From Patellaria atrata CBS 101060 (Eukaryota), in contig MU006089.1 of the NCBI GenBank assembly GCA_010093705.1, forward strand, positions 1,723,561 to 1,787,560: a stretch of 64,000 nucleotides of DNA, in the 5' to 3' direction. Both the position numbers and the translations under genes were made by a program. Positions within the stretch are counted from its first letter, which is position 1. The number at the start of each line of letters is the position of its first letter. Under the pieces are notes generated by a model that saw nothing but the letters and a program-made list of their open reading frames with translations, was not told where the DNA came from and ran no database searches. Shown here piece after piece: positions 23,884-35,921 of the stretch.

Positions 23884-25272
23884 ATGGCAAGATCATCACC
23901 AGACGGAGCTATATCTATCACCCTCCTAGATCTATTCTCCAATTCTCTGGTCCTCCATCAGACCGCGCCTTATCTATCCGTCTCATCTCTGTTCGCCCTC
24001 GGCGCAACATGCAGGTCATTCCAGAATCTGGTCCTCCAGTCCCCAGAACCTATTCGCCATCTCGATCTCTCCCCCGTCAAATCTGCAATCACACCAGATG
24101 TAAAGCCATTAGATTCCGGCGGTATCAACTGGCGAGCTGAGCGGATGGATGAATCCCTTACTGAAGATGACTTTTACACGGGTCCTTTGCGCGGAATATT
24201 CTCGAACCTGGGGAGACGAAACCTCCTTGTCAATGTTAATACATTGGTGTTAGATGGTCTCAGCGTGACTGCTGAAATCGTCAGGGAGATCATCTGTGAA
24301 GACAGGTTCAATGTCAGAATACTATCAATACGCGAAGCAAAGAATCTCAATGAGAGGAAGTTGATGCAAGTTCTCAAATACGCTGTTCGTCCATCAAGGC
24401 CCAAGAATACGCCGCGATTGAGGGGCCTATACTTTTTCACACCGAGAGATAAGGACGCGCAAGAGACGGATAGTGCACAGAGATACACGCGATCCCCGGT
24501 GAGAAACCGGTCTCCTGTTGGAATTACTTCATCCCAGGGTGCTCAGATCGGTGCCGAGTGGAACCAGCGCTCTATCGATACACTTACAACGGTTCTTGCT
24601 AGGACAAATGATAAGTGGTACAAAGCTTCCGGCCGCATTCTACCACGGCCTCCAATCCCTGAATGGGCTGAGACGTTACAAGCCTGCGAGGGCATCATCC
24701 ATTTTGATGCTGTTATATGTCGAGGACCACGGCACAATGCGGATACGGCTGTTCACCAGAGCGTTGTAGATCCACGACGCGTACACCCTCTCTCATATCT
24801 TCCCCCAGCTATTGCAACAGTCGCTCTTGGACCTAGTGGATGTACAACTTGTCATTCCTGCCCCGAGGGTGCCGGTGTCTTTGGAGAATCTCCATCGCAT
24901 CACTTACCACTTCTAGCTCCACCACCTCTGCATTCTACTTTAATCCGTGTTGCTCAAGGCCCTTCGACAATTGATGGATCAGCACCTCCCCCATTGATTG
25001 TTCGATGCGAAGGATGTCTCCGTGGACGATGGTGTGAGCGTTGTAATAAGTGGTGGGACGAATCATGTTTCTATGGGTCACTCAATGGAACTCGGACACA
25101 CATGCAACAACTGGAATACATAAGCGAGCTCATGAACTCGATGGGAATACACCAGCATGAAAGTGACGAGCATAAGCTTGTTGAAGTCAAGGTACATATG
25201 GGTCTCTGCATAGAAAATTGTCTGGTTGGCGAAATGATAGCTGGAGCCGGGAGCAGTGGTATGTGGGGTTGA
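23884..25272 (+). CDS. F-box-like, Cys-rich fungal protein (unspliced form, 462 aa, ends GAGSSGMWG)
   Basis: N-terminal F-box-like segment (LLDLFSNSLVLHQTAPYLSVSSLFALGATCRSF), LRR-like TLVLDGL/ILSIRE, C-terminal CEGC..WCERCNKWW. Family assignment by resemblance only. Confidence 0.7.
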   Translation: MARSSPDGAISITLLDLFSNSLVLHQTAPYLSVSSLFALGATCRSFQNLVLQSPEPIRHLDLSPVKSAITPDVKPLDSGGINWRAERMDESLTEDDFYTGPLRGIFSNLGRRNLLVNVNTLVLDGLSVTAEIVREIICEDRFNVRILSIREAKNLNERKLMQVLKYAVRPSRPKNTPRLRGLYFFTPRDKDAQETDSAQRYTRSPVRNRSPVGITSSQGAQIGAEWNQRSIDTLTTVLARTNDKWYKASGRILPRPPIPEWAETLQACEGIIHFDAVICRGPRHNADTAVHQSVVDPRRVHPLSYLPPAIATVALGPSGCTTCHSCPEGAGVFGESPSHHLPLLAPPPLHSTLIRVAQGPSTIDGSAPPPLIVRCEGCLRGRWCERCNKWWDESCFYGSLNGTRTHMQQLEYISELMNSMGIHQHESDEHKLVEVKVHMGLCIENCLVGEMIAGAGSSGMWG

Positions 25273-25499
25273 TCAATCTTAGAATTCTAGGAAATCAGCA
25301 CCCATACTACTGAAGGAGCATTTACGAAGTAGTTGGACCTGATACGGCCCGTTGGCCGGCTGAAGAGCCGACTATAAGTAAACCGCACCTCGACATAATG
25401 TCCCGGCGCGCTAAGGTATGCGCAACTGCGCTGGATTAGCAATCGAACGCTCTCATCGAAACTTAGTTCATGGAAGAATTTACTAACATTTTCTTCCAG

Positions 25500-25784
25500 G
25501 TTGGCTCCCAACGTGATTGCTTCGGCTGTGGACACACTGTACGTCTTTCTGAACAAGTTTTGGTTTTCTAATACTAATCTTTCTTGATCAGTGTGCCGAA
25601 TGCAAGGAGATTTACATCCGTAGATGCAAATTTTGTAGGAACGAGTACTGCGTCGAGGACAACGACGGATCCTCGGATGTTGCTGTAAGTCCGGGATTCC
25701 AATTTCAAGTCTTCCCTGGCTAACGAGTCTTCTTAGTGTGACTGGTGCAATTATAGTGGAAGAAGAACAAGAGAACTTTATTGA
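25500..25784 (+). CDS. Three hidden spliced exons encoding a Cys-rich zinc-finger tail VGSQRDCFGCGHT|CAECKEIYIRRCKFCRNEYCVEDNDGSSDVA|CDWCNYSGRRTRELY*
   Basis: Exons 25500-25538, 25592-25684 and 25737-25784, all phase 0. Each is preceded by a CTAAY branch site and YAG; donors GTACGT (25539) and GTAAGT (25685). The joined frame is stop-free with four CxxC motifs. Confidence 0.8.
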
Positions 25785-26383
25785 ATGTCAATCAGGGTTG
25801 GTACGAGTACTTGGTAAAATCTAGGTAAAATCGACTTCCCTAGATACAAGGGCCGCGAGGATTAAGGGGGAGATCTCCACTCAGATACAAAAAGAGGAGG
25901 ATTATTTCTGAGCTCATACACTCTGATGCTGGTCATTGGAGTCGGCGTGTAATACCCATCTTACGAATTCCATTCTTCTCACTCCTATATAATTTCAATA
26001 AACTACACCTTTCTTCTAAATATTGATAGTAATTTGCAAAGTATTGGGGAGTTTTCAATTAAAGAACAACAAACCACTTACCAACACAGGGACTTACTGC
26101 GTTTTCCAGAATTTATATCCATTGCTAAGGTACGACTTCACCGAAAACTCACAAAGATAGATAAGTAGCTCCCTAGTAACTCAAGGCATCCTTATGTGGC
26201 CCCGAATCCAGAGAGCTTCATAGGTTCCCATCCCAAGAATCCACATCTCCGCAATAATTCAACACAAAACCCTCAATAGCTTCACGACTCAAACTCTGAC
26301 TCTCAAAATATCCCCCTAGACATTTAAATAATTCATCTTCCTGCCACATCTCATCTGCAACTTATAGACCCGCTGAGGCCGTC

Positions 26384-27419
26384 ATGGCCAACTACTACCA
26401 GCAGCAGCAACAACCGTACGGCGCGCAAAACCTTCAATTCTACCCTTCCTCATATTCAGGTCAACCTGTATCCGGTCATTCAACTCCGTTTCAAGCATAC
26501 AATGGCGGAGCACAGTCGAATTCCTTTGGTGGAGCTACTTTCGGCGCGGGTTTTGGTAGTCAGCCGGCTGTGAGTGGTAGAATGGGTGAACAAGGAGGAT
26601 TGAGGACAGGATGGCTGGCAGCATTTGGAACAGAGGGTTATGAGGGAGAGCCTCCACTATTGGAAGAGCTAGGGGTTAACTTTGGACATATTAAAATGAA
26701 GGTTTGTTCACCCAACCTCTTATTAACTACCATGAGGCTGCTGGCATAGCTATGACGATGAACTTGGCGAAATAGACAACAATTAACAACTTATCTATAC
26801 ACAGACTCTTACAGTATTAAACCCACTTGCCCGAATAGATCAACATATCATGGATGACTCCGACTTGGCTGGACCTATACTCTTCTTCCTCCTTTTTGGC
26901 ACGTTCTTGCTTTTTGTAAGTATCAAGAAAGATTCATTGTAGGAGCAAGCTACTAACATCATACAGTCGGGCAAAGTGCATTTCGGTTATATTTACGGAC
27001 TCGCGCTTCTCGGAAGTACTTCACTACACATGATCCTTTCCTTAATGTCTCCACCCTTAACATCGGCTGAACAAGCAGCTGTGCAAGATCATCGAGCTAG
27101 TAGCTCACACTTCTCTTCAAACCTTACTTTCCCGCGCTCCGCTTCGGTCTTGGGCTATTGCCTTCTCCCTCTAGTCCTCACATCTCTAGTTGGCATAGCC
27201 GTTCCAATGGATGGTCTTTTCGGATATCTACTCACGAGCGCTGCGATTATGTGGTGTACTTATAGTTCTAGCGCAATGTTCTGTGCTGTTGGCAGAATGA
27301 GTGGGATGAGAGGTTTGGTAGCGTATCCATTGGCTCTATTTTACGTTGGATTCGGAATCATGGCTATATTCAGCTCAAGAGGGACAGGTACATTAGCAGC
27401 GAAAGCTGCTGGCGCTTAA
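26384..27419 (+). CDS. YIP1: Yip1-family ER-Golgi trafficking membrane protein
   Basis: EPPLLEELGVNFGHIKMK|TLTVLNP..MDDSDLAGP..GKVHFGYIYG..SVLGYCLLP..LVAYPLALFY. Introns 26702-26804 and 26916-26966. Confidence 0.95.
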
Positions 27420-27784
27420 GTGTCGTAACTGTACCTCTAATGTGTTGTTGGAGGATTCATTGATACGGTCAGATAAAAACTAGATACAATCGGCAGACTT
27501 CGTGATGCCAGAGATGAAATGTATATGACAATATGTTCTACGTGTTTATGAATTATGAATACAATGACTACTTTCGTACACTAATACGATATTATACTAT
27601 ATGACGGAGTCTTTCGAGATATTTTAGCTAGATAGCATGGTTGATATAGAGGGTCCCGCTTTCCCGAAGCTCCTCCGCTTCTCTAATCTTTGGATCGCCG
27701 CAGACCACCGCATTCATCGTTCACCTCTTCAACACTTACCCGTCCATACCCTCGATCCTTTCCCGCACAGTGAATATAATCGAT

Positions 27785-28869
27785 ATGGGTTGGTTCTGGG
27801 CGGATTCTGTTTCCTCTCTGGCGCCTGAGACACGGCCTCCTCGTACCGTCTCGAAATCAGATGCATCTCCTCCGGTAAGTGGCTTAGGATAACGTTCCAA
27901 AGGTGAAGACAGTATATTCAAGATTACTAACACGCCCAAAAGCCAGGATGTCCAATGCACAAATCTTCACCATTTACACCACCGCCTCCTCCTCCGACAG
28001 CAGCATTAGCAGACGGCGCATGCCCGTACGTTCCCCCCGACGCCACACCTTCAACCGCAGCCTCCAAGACACCCTCCGCGCATCCACCCACCTCATCATC
28101 CTCCACATCCACGCTCTCAAGACTTAATCCCCTCAACTACATGCCCTTCGAGCTCTCCCAATCCCGCGCCAAGCACCAGACCATTGACCTCCCCACCTCG
28201 CGAGAAGTAAGCACGATCCCCAAAGGCGACGGCTCGAAATGGGAATACCCCTCTCCGCAGCAAATGTACAACGCGATGTTGAGGAAGGGGTACACCGACA
28301 CGCCGCAGGATGCGGTCGAGAGCATGGTTGCGGTTCACAACTTCTTGAACGAGGGCGCCTGGGCCGAGATCGTGGAGTGGGAGCGCCGCTTTGGCCGGGG
28401 TCTTGCGCACGGCTGGGCGGAATGTCGACGGGGTGAGGAGGGCAGTCGGTCCGGTGCCGATATCACGACGGATTGGACGGATGCGGAGATCGAGCAACCT
28501 AAGTTGCTGAGGTTCATGGGACGTCCTGGGGAGATGACCCCGAAGGCGTCGGTGTTGCAGATGCTGGGGAAGGTGTATCCGGCTCGCTTTGGGGGTGAGC
28601 CGCCCTTTGATAGGCATGATTGGTTCGTACAGAGGTGTACGAGGGATGGAACAAAGAAGGAGGTGCGGTATGTGATTGATTATTATTCGGGGCCGCCGGA
28701 GCCGACGGGGGAGCCGGTTTTCTATCTGGATGTTAGGCCAGCTGTAGATACACCTAGTGCGGCGATTGAGAGAGCGATGAGGTGGGGTGGAGATGTTTGG
28801 TGGAGGGCTAGTGGTGGTTCTGCTAGAGGACGTGGAGGATCAACATGGCCTTCGTTCGGGAGCTCTTAG
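27785..28869 (+). CDS. CYC3: Holocytochrome c synthase (cytochrome c heme lyase)
   Basis: N-terminus MGWFWAD as in yeast Cyc3; intron 27875-27942; CPM/CPY heme-regulatory motifs; [43 protein letters not shown]. Confidence 0.93.
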
Positions 28870-29851
28870 CTGTATTGTGGACGGTTTAAAGGCAACTTGT
28901 ACAGTATTTTGAAGCGGGTATATTCGGGTCTTCGGCGTATGCGGTCTCACTCGCCTCTCTGCTAGGGATTAGGGGGGCGCTGGGAATGCGAAGATGGGTA
29001 TGCCTTTCTCGACCAGGTCCTTTTTGGGACTTTTCTCCTACTTACTTCAACTCACTTTTTTCGTCGTTCTTCAGTATAGTCGTATTTCTATTAATATACG
29101 AAACAACAATTGACTCAAGATCACATGCAGCTCTTCCACACATTTACTTCCAACTTTTCAACTCCATCAACGACAGCTTACGAATGGCCACCATGCCTTA
29201 TGTTCCAGATTATACCCACGCTTCTCTCAGAAAGATTCAGATATCTGATCCCTAAAACGAACACTCCGCTATCACGAAAAACCACGAGGACAGAAACAGA
29301 GCAATCCTTAAGAAACAAGCCACATAGACAACCCCCCAACCAGACCCCCCAAAACAAAGCATTCCCACCGCCTCAACCCAACCCAGCCCAAAGCAACATC
29401 ACGAACACCACTTCCTTTGTCTCCAATACCCGCAATCCCAGCGTCCACACGTCCCATCCACATGGCTCTCGCCGCTTTCGGAATAGAACAAAGCGCGTCG
29501 GATCCCACTGACAATTGGATCACTCTCGCTTTTTAAGTTATTCGGGACGTGGTGTGAGAGATTAGAGTAGAGGGGAGGGTATATATAAGCTTTGTTCGTC
29601 CCCTGGTTTGATACATGTCCAGCCGTGACGTCTCACTGGATTTCTCTTTTTTCACTGGACGGCACATACTTGGCTATAAGTACAGGACATTCGTTACGAT
29701 ATTGCTCGATCAGAAGAGGGTGTCAATACGGTACGGTACGCGATTGGGGGTATCTCCAGCCTTGCATCGTACAACTCCGAGATATCCACAGACTCAGGAT
29801 ACAAAGATACCTCTTACTCTATCTTATCCTATTTGCTTCCAGAAACGATAA

Positions 29852-30058
29852 ATGCACCCCCTCTACATCTTCCTCTCCCTCCTCTCCCTCACTTACGCTC
29901 GCGCTATCCCCGATGCCCCAGCCGCTTGTACCGGGCTCTCGTGCGCGCTAGGCTGCGAGGCCGCAATGGGGACCTGTATCGTATCGGCCGAGATGGAAGA
30001 AAAGGCCGCCGTGATCCTGGCGCACTGGGGAGAATTCATGGTTCATAGGGGTGAATGA
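29852..30058 (+). CDS. Putative small secreted Cys-containing protein (68 aa)
   Basis: Hydrophobic signal-like N-terminus (MHPLYIFLSLLSLTYARA), 4 Cys, and the C-rich to G-rich codon pattern seen in real genes here. No family recognised. Confidence 0.4.
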   Translation: MHPLYIFLSLLSLTYARAIPDAPAACTGLSCALGCEAAMGTCIVSAEMEEKAAVILAHWGEFMVHRGE

Positions 30059-30186
30059 ATGAGGTGATTGAAAAGAAATCAGAAGTGGTCGAAGGGAACC
30101 TGAAAGTGACCGAAAAGAACCTAGAGGGGATATGGAACCCAAAGGAGGATTATATTTCCTTATGTTGATTTTAAAGCTGTACTATT

Positions 30187-32563
30187 CTACACCTTCCGCA
30201 TAACCAACCCCCTAAAAAAGTCAAAAGAATTACTATCGCTCTGAAGCTGCCACACCTTGCCCGTGGGGCGATCCTGCCAGCCCAGCTCCTCGGCGAGCAG
30301 GAGGCCCCAGTCGCGCGTGATGCCTTGGATGCGGGCGCGCACGCCACCTGCGGTTTCGAGGGTGACGGTTTGGCCTCTGTGCTCGTTAGATCTAGCTCCA
30401 CCATGTTGAAATATAGTATGGGGCATTAGAAATGGAAAGGGATGACCCACGTATGCAACCAGAGCCGATAATAGGTCTCCTCGACCGTCCTGTCCCACCC
30501 CCTCTCGCAAAACCGGCGATATACCTCCTCGAATCTGCACATGATACACGCAAGCAGCTTCTCTGCGGCAAATGGCGGTAAGTTTCTAGCCTTCGCCAGC
30601 GCGTTCAGACTCGTCGTTGGTGCAGCGTTGGCGACGTTGACGCCAACGCCGACGACGAGACTGTACTCGCTGCCGCTGTAGCTGCTATTGACCAGGACGC
30701 CGCCGATCTTGACGTAGGGTTCCTTCTCCGCGTTCGCACGTCCCGTCTTAGATGCGACGGCGGGGTCTAGGGCGTAGATGTCGTTGGGCCATTTCAGGCG
30801 GACGTGCAGTTGCGCGTACCCGGGGCCGTAGGATTGGATGCCCAGGACGGTGGCGAGAGCAGCAAGGTATTGGATGAAGACGACAGGTGCGGCTTGGTTG
30901 AGAAGGAGGCCGTGGCGGATCACGGTGCTGTATAATAGGCTCCCTGGGGGGGCTACCCAGACGTTGGATCCGCGGCCGCGACCTGCGATTTGGGTTGTTG
31001 CGGTTGCGGTGAAGCCGGTGGGGAGGTGGGAGAGGAGTGAGGGGTTTCTGGTTGATGTTAGACTTGTATAGCGGTTGGGTCATAAGGCGAGGAAGGAAAG
31101 AAATGGACGGGGAAAGAAGGAGAACAGGGGAGGAGAGGAGTTGATTACTTTTCGAGGATGGTGTTTGTGCTGGTGACGACTTCACCATAGAGGAGATACT
31201 TCCCAAACTCGGGCTCGAAATTGCGGGAGTGTGTATTATAGTGTTCTAAATTTGCGAAGTAGGCGTGATGGTTGAAGTTTGGCGTTTCCCTGTTGCTTGG
31301 GAGGTCGGTTTCATGAGCGATGAGACGTTTGATGACTTTGTCATAGTCGAGGATTCTGTCCGGATTATCAATAGGAGTTTCGTCAGCTTCCTCACTTTGA
31401 TTTCTATTTGAAGTGATAGAGGGAGTGATCATAGGCGCGACGGAAGTGACAGCGTTGGTGAGAGAGTTCATCGACCATCTTGAAGAGACTTCCTCGATGT
31501 GGAAGGTATCATTCTCTCCTTTGATGTACTCTTCTCCATCGTCTGACTTAGTGATAATTTCGCTCCAGGATGAAACAAGTTCTGCTACATCCGATGCTTT
31601 TTGGGAGGAAAGGTGTAGATGGGAGAGGGATGGTACCGCTTGCTCCTCCGAGTTCACCTGAAGCCCAAGTTTGTGTAGACAAGCTTTTAGAAATGCAATC
31701 CTTGCTTTGTCGTCCTCTGCTATCGCATCGATTGTCTTATTATAATCCTTGCTACCCGAATTTCTGTTGAGATTGATGGCTGCGAATCTGTCTATAGTAA
31801 GTTCTCAGTCTTGTTTACTAAGGGGTGGCCCTACTCGGGATGTGGGCCAGTCAGTATTACGCCTCCTTCTCCAATCTTACGATAGATAATGGCTGCGTTA
31901 GCTTCACCGGCATCTATCTTCAACTTCTCTGTATAGCTCGCTAAGATTTCGACTCCTCGATCCTTGAACTTTTCGGCGTTTACAAAAGCACCTCCACCGT
32001 TGTAGTACGATTTGAACGAATCCTGGAAAGTTTCTCCATACTTTGGTAGGGCAATTTTGTTCACCTTTAAATCCACAGCTCTTGCACCGGCTTCAGAATG
32101 GTAGACAAAACCTGGAAATGCAAGTCCACGACAGGTACCTGGAAAGAAAGCTAATTCACGATCTCCAACGACTTCCATTCTCTTGTCACCAACTTCAAAC
32201 TCGCACCGACTAGTACCGTAGTAGCCACCAGCACAAAATCCTAAGTAGTTACCTCCTCGATTGACGTATTGGGATATTCGGCGGTTGCCCTCGCCGTTTA
32301 ACGTCCTACAGTAAGCCATATCCGCGCCCCCTGGGAGAACAAGGAGCGCACATGATGCAGTCCATGGTTCTTTTATAATTGCATCTGAGTTTACGGGCAC
32401 AACAGCATAGTTGGGGGAAAGCAATCGACGTAAGGTGTAGAGACAGTGACGAACGGATTCCACAGTACTTCCGTTCCCTAATTCGAGATCAGTATGATCA
32501 CGATAGAAGAAATCCTAACTACGAACCGGAGTAGACGAGAACATTAATACGTCTGTTCGCCAT
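30187..32563 (-). CDS. BPL1: Biotin-protein ligase (holocarboxylase synthetase)
   Basis: BPL_N domain (INVLVYSG.G, LVLPGGAD, YLGFCAGGY, TGPHPE) plus catalytic domain (TSTNT, QIAGRGRGSNVWVAP, KWPNDIY, KIGGVL, SFDFF). Introns 32526-32478, 31834-31788, 31148-31048, 30450-30377. Confidence 0.95.
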
Positions 32564-32716
32564 CTTAGTGGTGATACGTTTTGTAAAAGTTGTTTAAGAA
32601 TCTCCTTGTTCGGGTTTTAACTCTTCTTCGGAGTGACCGAACGATAGTTTTCTCTCTCTGTTTAAATAACGATATCAACCCTCGAATCAAAATCTTATTG
32701 GAAAACAAGAGAAGAA

Positions 32717-33169
32717 ATGTCAAATAATCCAAAAGACAATAATATTCAATCAATTGATCCTGACGATGAACCAGATGACTGGTATGAAACGTGCAACACA
32801 GCAATGCCGCCCACTCCGACTAATTGTCTACAGGGACAAGAGAATATTTAGTACAGGTTGTTCAGGTACTTGGAAATAGAAAAATTTAAGGGACCTTGCT
32901 GAATGAACAAAGTCGAAAACGCAAAGATGACGGACTGCTACTACGAGAAGAGAGACTGGAGAGCTTGTAAGAAGGAGGTGAGTTGAAGAAGTCCGCCCGA
33001 ATCCCAAGGCAATGCGATGTAAAGAGTAGTAGCTACACCCAGCCACTTTGAGACCTTCCAACAATCTTAAGTATAGCTTAACTGACAATGATTGTACTAG
33101 ATGGAGGCCTTCAAGCAATGTTGGAAGAGGCAGGGGAATGATCAGAGAACCTCCACGAAGGATGTTTGA
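32717..33169 (+). CDS. COA4: Cytochrome c oxidase assembly factor 4 (twin CX9C protein); absent from the ORF track
   Basis: Exons 32717-32781, 32834-32865, 32913-32977, 33101-33169 give MSNNPKDNNIQSIDPDDEPDDWDKRIFSTGCSVENAKMTDCYYEKRDWRACKKEMEAFKQCWKRQGNDQRTSTKDV, with the Coa4 pattern DxWDxRIxxTGC-X9-C..DWRxC-X9-CW. Confidence 0.9.
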
Positions 33170-33450
33170 TATTTACAAAAGGAAGCTGTATTGGGAAATA
33201 TGGATCTCAACTCAGCCAACCTGAACCTATTCAACTGCAAAACTCATATTTCTCGTTTACTACGAGAATAATAATTCATCTTCATAGATATCAACAAGCT
33301 TCGAAAATGTAATAATGTCAATATCAACTCTTGATAGCTTCTGATTGGCTCCCTTGCCCCTCTCAAACCGCAGCATCAGAAAAAAGTTCAAGACGCGACC
33401 CTTCTGCTCTAAACTTCCCATCCCCTAGGTATCAATACCACCACTCTACT

Positions 33451-34429
33451 ATGACTTTCTCCTGCGCCCAAAAAGCGTCACGGAGCCTCCAATCATGCTA
33501 CCGGACACAATATTCCTCCAACCTCATACGATATAACAGTAGTTCTTACGCTACCTTCTCATCAACCACCAGACCTCAACAAACACCCTCCAAACCCGCC
33601 TCCAGCACGACCACTCCAACATCTTCCATGCCATCCACGCCATCCACGCCATCTACATCCTCTACAACCTCGACAACACGTCCCGCAAAACCCCCTCCCC
33701 CACCCACCTCCTCACCCCCCAAACCCATCCCCGACCCAGAAACCCGCTCCCTGACCTCCGGCCTCGACGACGAACCCCTCATCCTCCGCGAAGACGAAAA
33801 GCAAGTCGACTGGTCACGCTCCTTCCACGGGCTCTCCTCCTCGCCCTTCTCAGCCGAACAAGCCGCGATCCTGCTCGAGCCCGTCGACCCCGAAGACATC
33901 GAGATCAAGCCGGACGGGATAATCTACCTGCCGGAGATAAAGTACCGGCGGATACTGACGCGGGCGTTCGGGCCGGGGGGTTGGGGCCTGGCGCCGCGGG
34001 GCGAGACGATCGTGACGAGCAAGAGCGTGACAAGGGAGTATGGGTTGGTTGTTGGGGGACGGTGAGTTGTGATCCACATCCCTACTTCTACCTTGTTGCA
34101 ATATGGGTGGGAAATACTGATTTGTGATGGTTAGGCTCGTTTCGATCGCGAGGGGTGAACAGCAATATTTTGATCCCGAGGGCATCCCGACTGCTACCGA
34201 GGGCTGCAAGTCGAATGCGCTGATGCGCTGTTGTAAGGATCTGGGTATCGCGTCTGAGTTGTGGGATCCGCGGTATATCCGGAAGTATATGACAAAATAT
34301 GCCAAGGAGACTTTTGTGGAGCATGTGGTTACGAAGAAGAGGCGGAAGCATATCATGAGGAAGGATGATGTGATTAAGTATCCGTTTAAGGAGGTTAAGA
34401 TGGGAGGGACGAGTGGTGCGTTCAATTAG
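33451..34429 (+). CDS. MGM101: Mitochondrial genome maintenance protein Mgm101 (Rad52-like)
   Basis: Presequence-like N-terminus; [68 protein letters not shown]. Intron 34062-34134. Confidence 0.95.
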
Positions 34430-34723
34430 GAACATGGAATCAGGGTTCAATACAGAAAAGCATGGATCGAAGACGCCATATTAGGTTTGGGTGATTGTAA
34501 AATATTGTAAATGACTTTCCTATTCGGTCATATGCTCGGCATCAGCTACAGAAAATTGTATAGTACATAGATAGGGCTTGCGCCTCTAACCCCTTGATGT
34601 CTAACTTTAAGATAGATAAGGTATTTGATCATATACAGCCCATCCATAGCCCGCACGTCTTATAGGGCTCTTAAACGCCGTCTTTGTTACTCATGATCCT
34701 GTACCGTAAAATCATAACCATCA

Positions 34724-35921
34724 TTAATATGCAAGATCATTGTTATTAGGTGCTCCACGATTAATGTCCTCAGAAGAAGGGCTACGAGGATAGGGTGGCC
34801 TCTTCACAGTCCTTGCCCCTGAATTTTGACCTGCGTTCCAATTCCACGGCATCCAACCAGCTTGACCATCTTTATTGGGAATTGGAACGGTCAATGGAGG
34901 AGTAGGCCGTCTTTCACCTACTTCGGATGGATCGATAGTATCGAATTCCAACTCACTACGACTCTTTGCTAGGCCGGATGATCTCATGTCTCCAGATACA
35001 TCTCTGCTTCCTCTGCTTTCTCTCGTCCGCTCGTAGTACCCATCATCTGATGCCAAATTGTACGCTTCTCGGTCGTACGCTTGCAAAAGGGTACGCAGAC
35101 GTTCCCGAGTATTTGATACGTAGTTTAACCTCTCATCATTGTCACGGATATTGTCCGGGATAAGAGTATTGCTCCTATTAAGGCCTCCTACTTGTGGCTC
35201 ACGTGTGCTAGCTGGCCCGGCTGCAGCAGATGCCACAACTTGGCTAAGTAAGCTGTAGATATCGCTTGCGGCACCCACACTTCCTGCACGTGCAGACGGT
35301 ATGCTGAATCGTGACATCAATGACTGAGCATAGGTGGTTTGACGGTTGAGAGGTGGTGAGGGCCGACTGGGTGGCAATCCTAACGCATTGACTTTCACCC
35401 ATTCGATAGCTTTGTGCATATATGACAGTCCAGCAGCTTTCGCCTTTTCGTGTGCGTCACCGATAAATTCATCAATTTCTTTTTCGTGGTGTTCGAGAAA
35501 TGGGTGGACGTATGCTTGGTAGAGGTATGGAGCGCCTTGACTGCCTGGCATGACAAGATACATGTAGACGAAAAGTCGAAGCCATGAGTAGAATGGTAGC
35601 CAGTCGATTATGAAGCCGAGGTTATACTCAAAAAGGTGTGCTAAGCTGAATATAACCCAATACATGAGCCATGGTGTCAATTCAGCCGGGTCCCCGTGCT
35701 CGAGAGCCTTATAAGATGCGAAGACGGGAAAGAGGATAGAAATGACAGAACTATAACATTGTTAGCACATCCTAGATATATAAAGCATTCTAAGCGTGAT
35801 TATGCCGAATTAATCTTTGCTATGCTCGGAGGGGAAGAAGATATGGCGCCTTTTCGTAGCGGGGCAGGCATGAAGCTTTGTTGAAGACGTACGTAATTAG
35901 GTCTGCGATGAAGCCGAACAT
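34724..35921 (-). CDS. TB2/DP1/HVA22 (REEP-family) protein with long C-terminal tail
   Basis: Exon 1 MFGFIADLIT, intron GTACGT..CTAAC..ATAG ending at 35751, then SILFPVFASYKAL..PWLMYWV..WLPFY..GAPYLYQAYVHPFL..EIDEFI. Confidence 0.85.
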
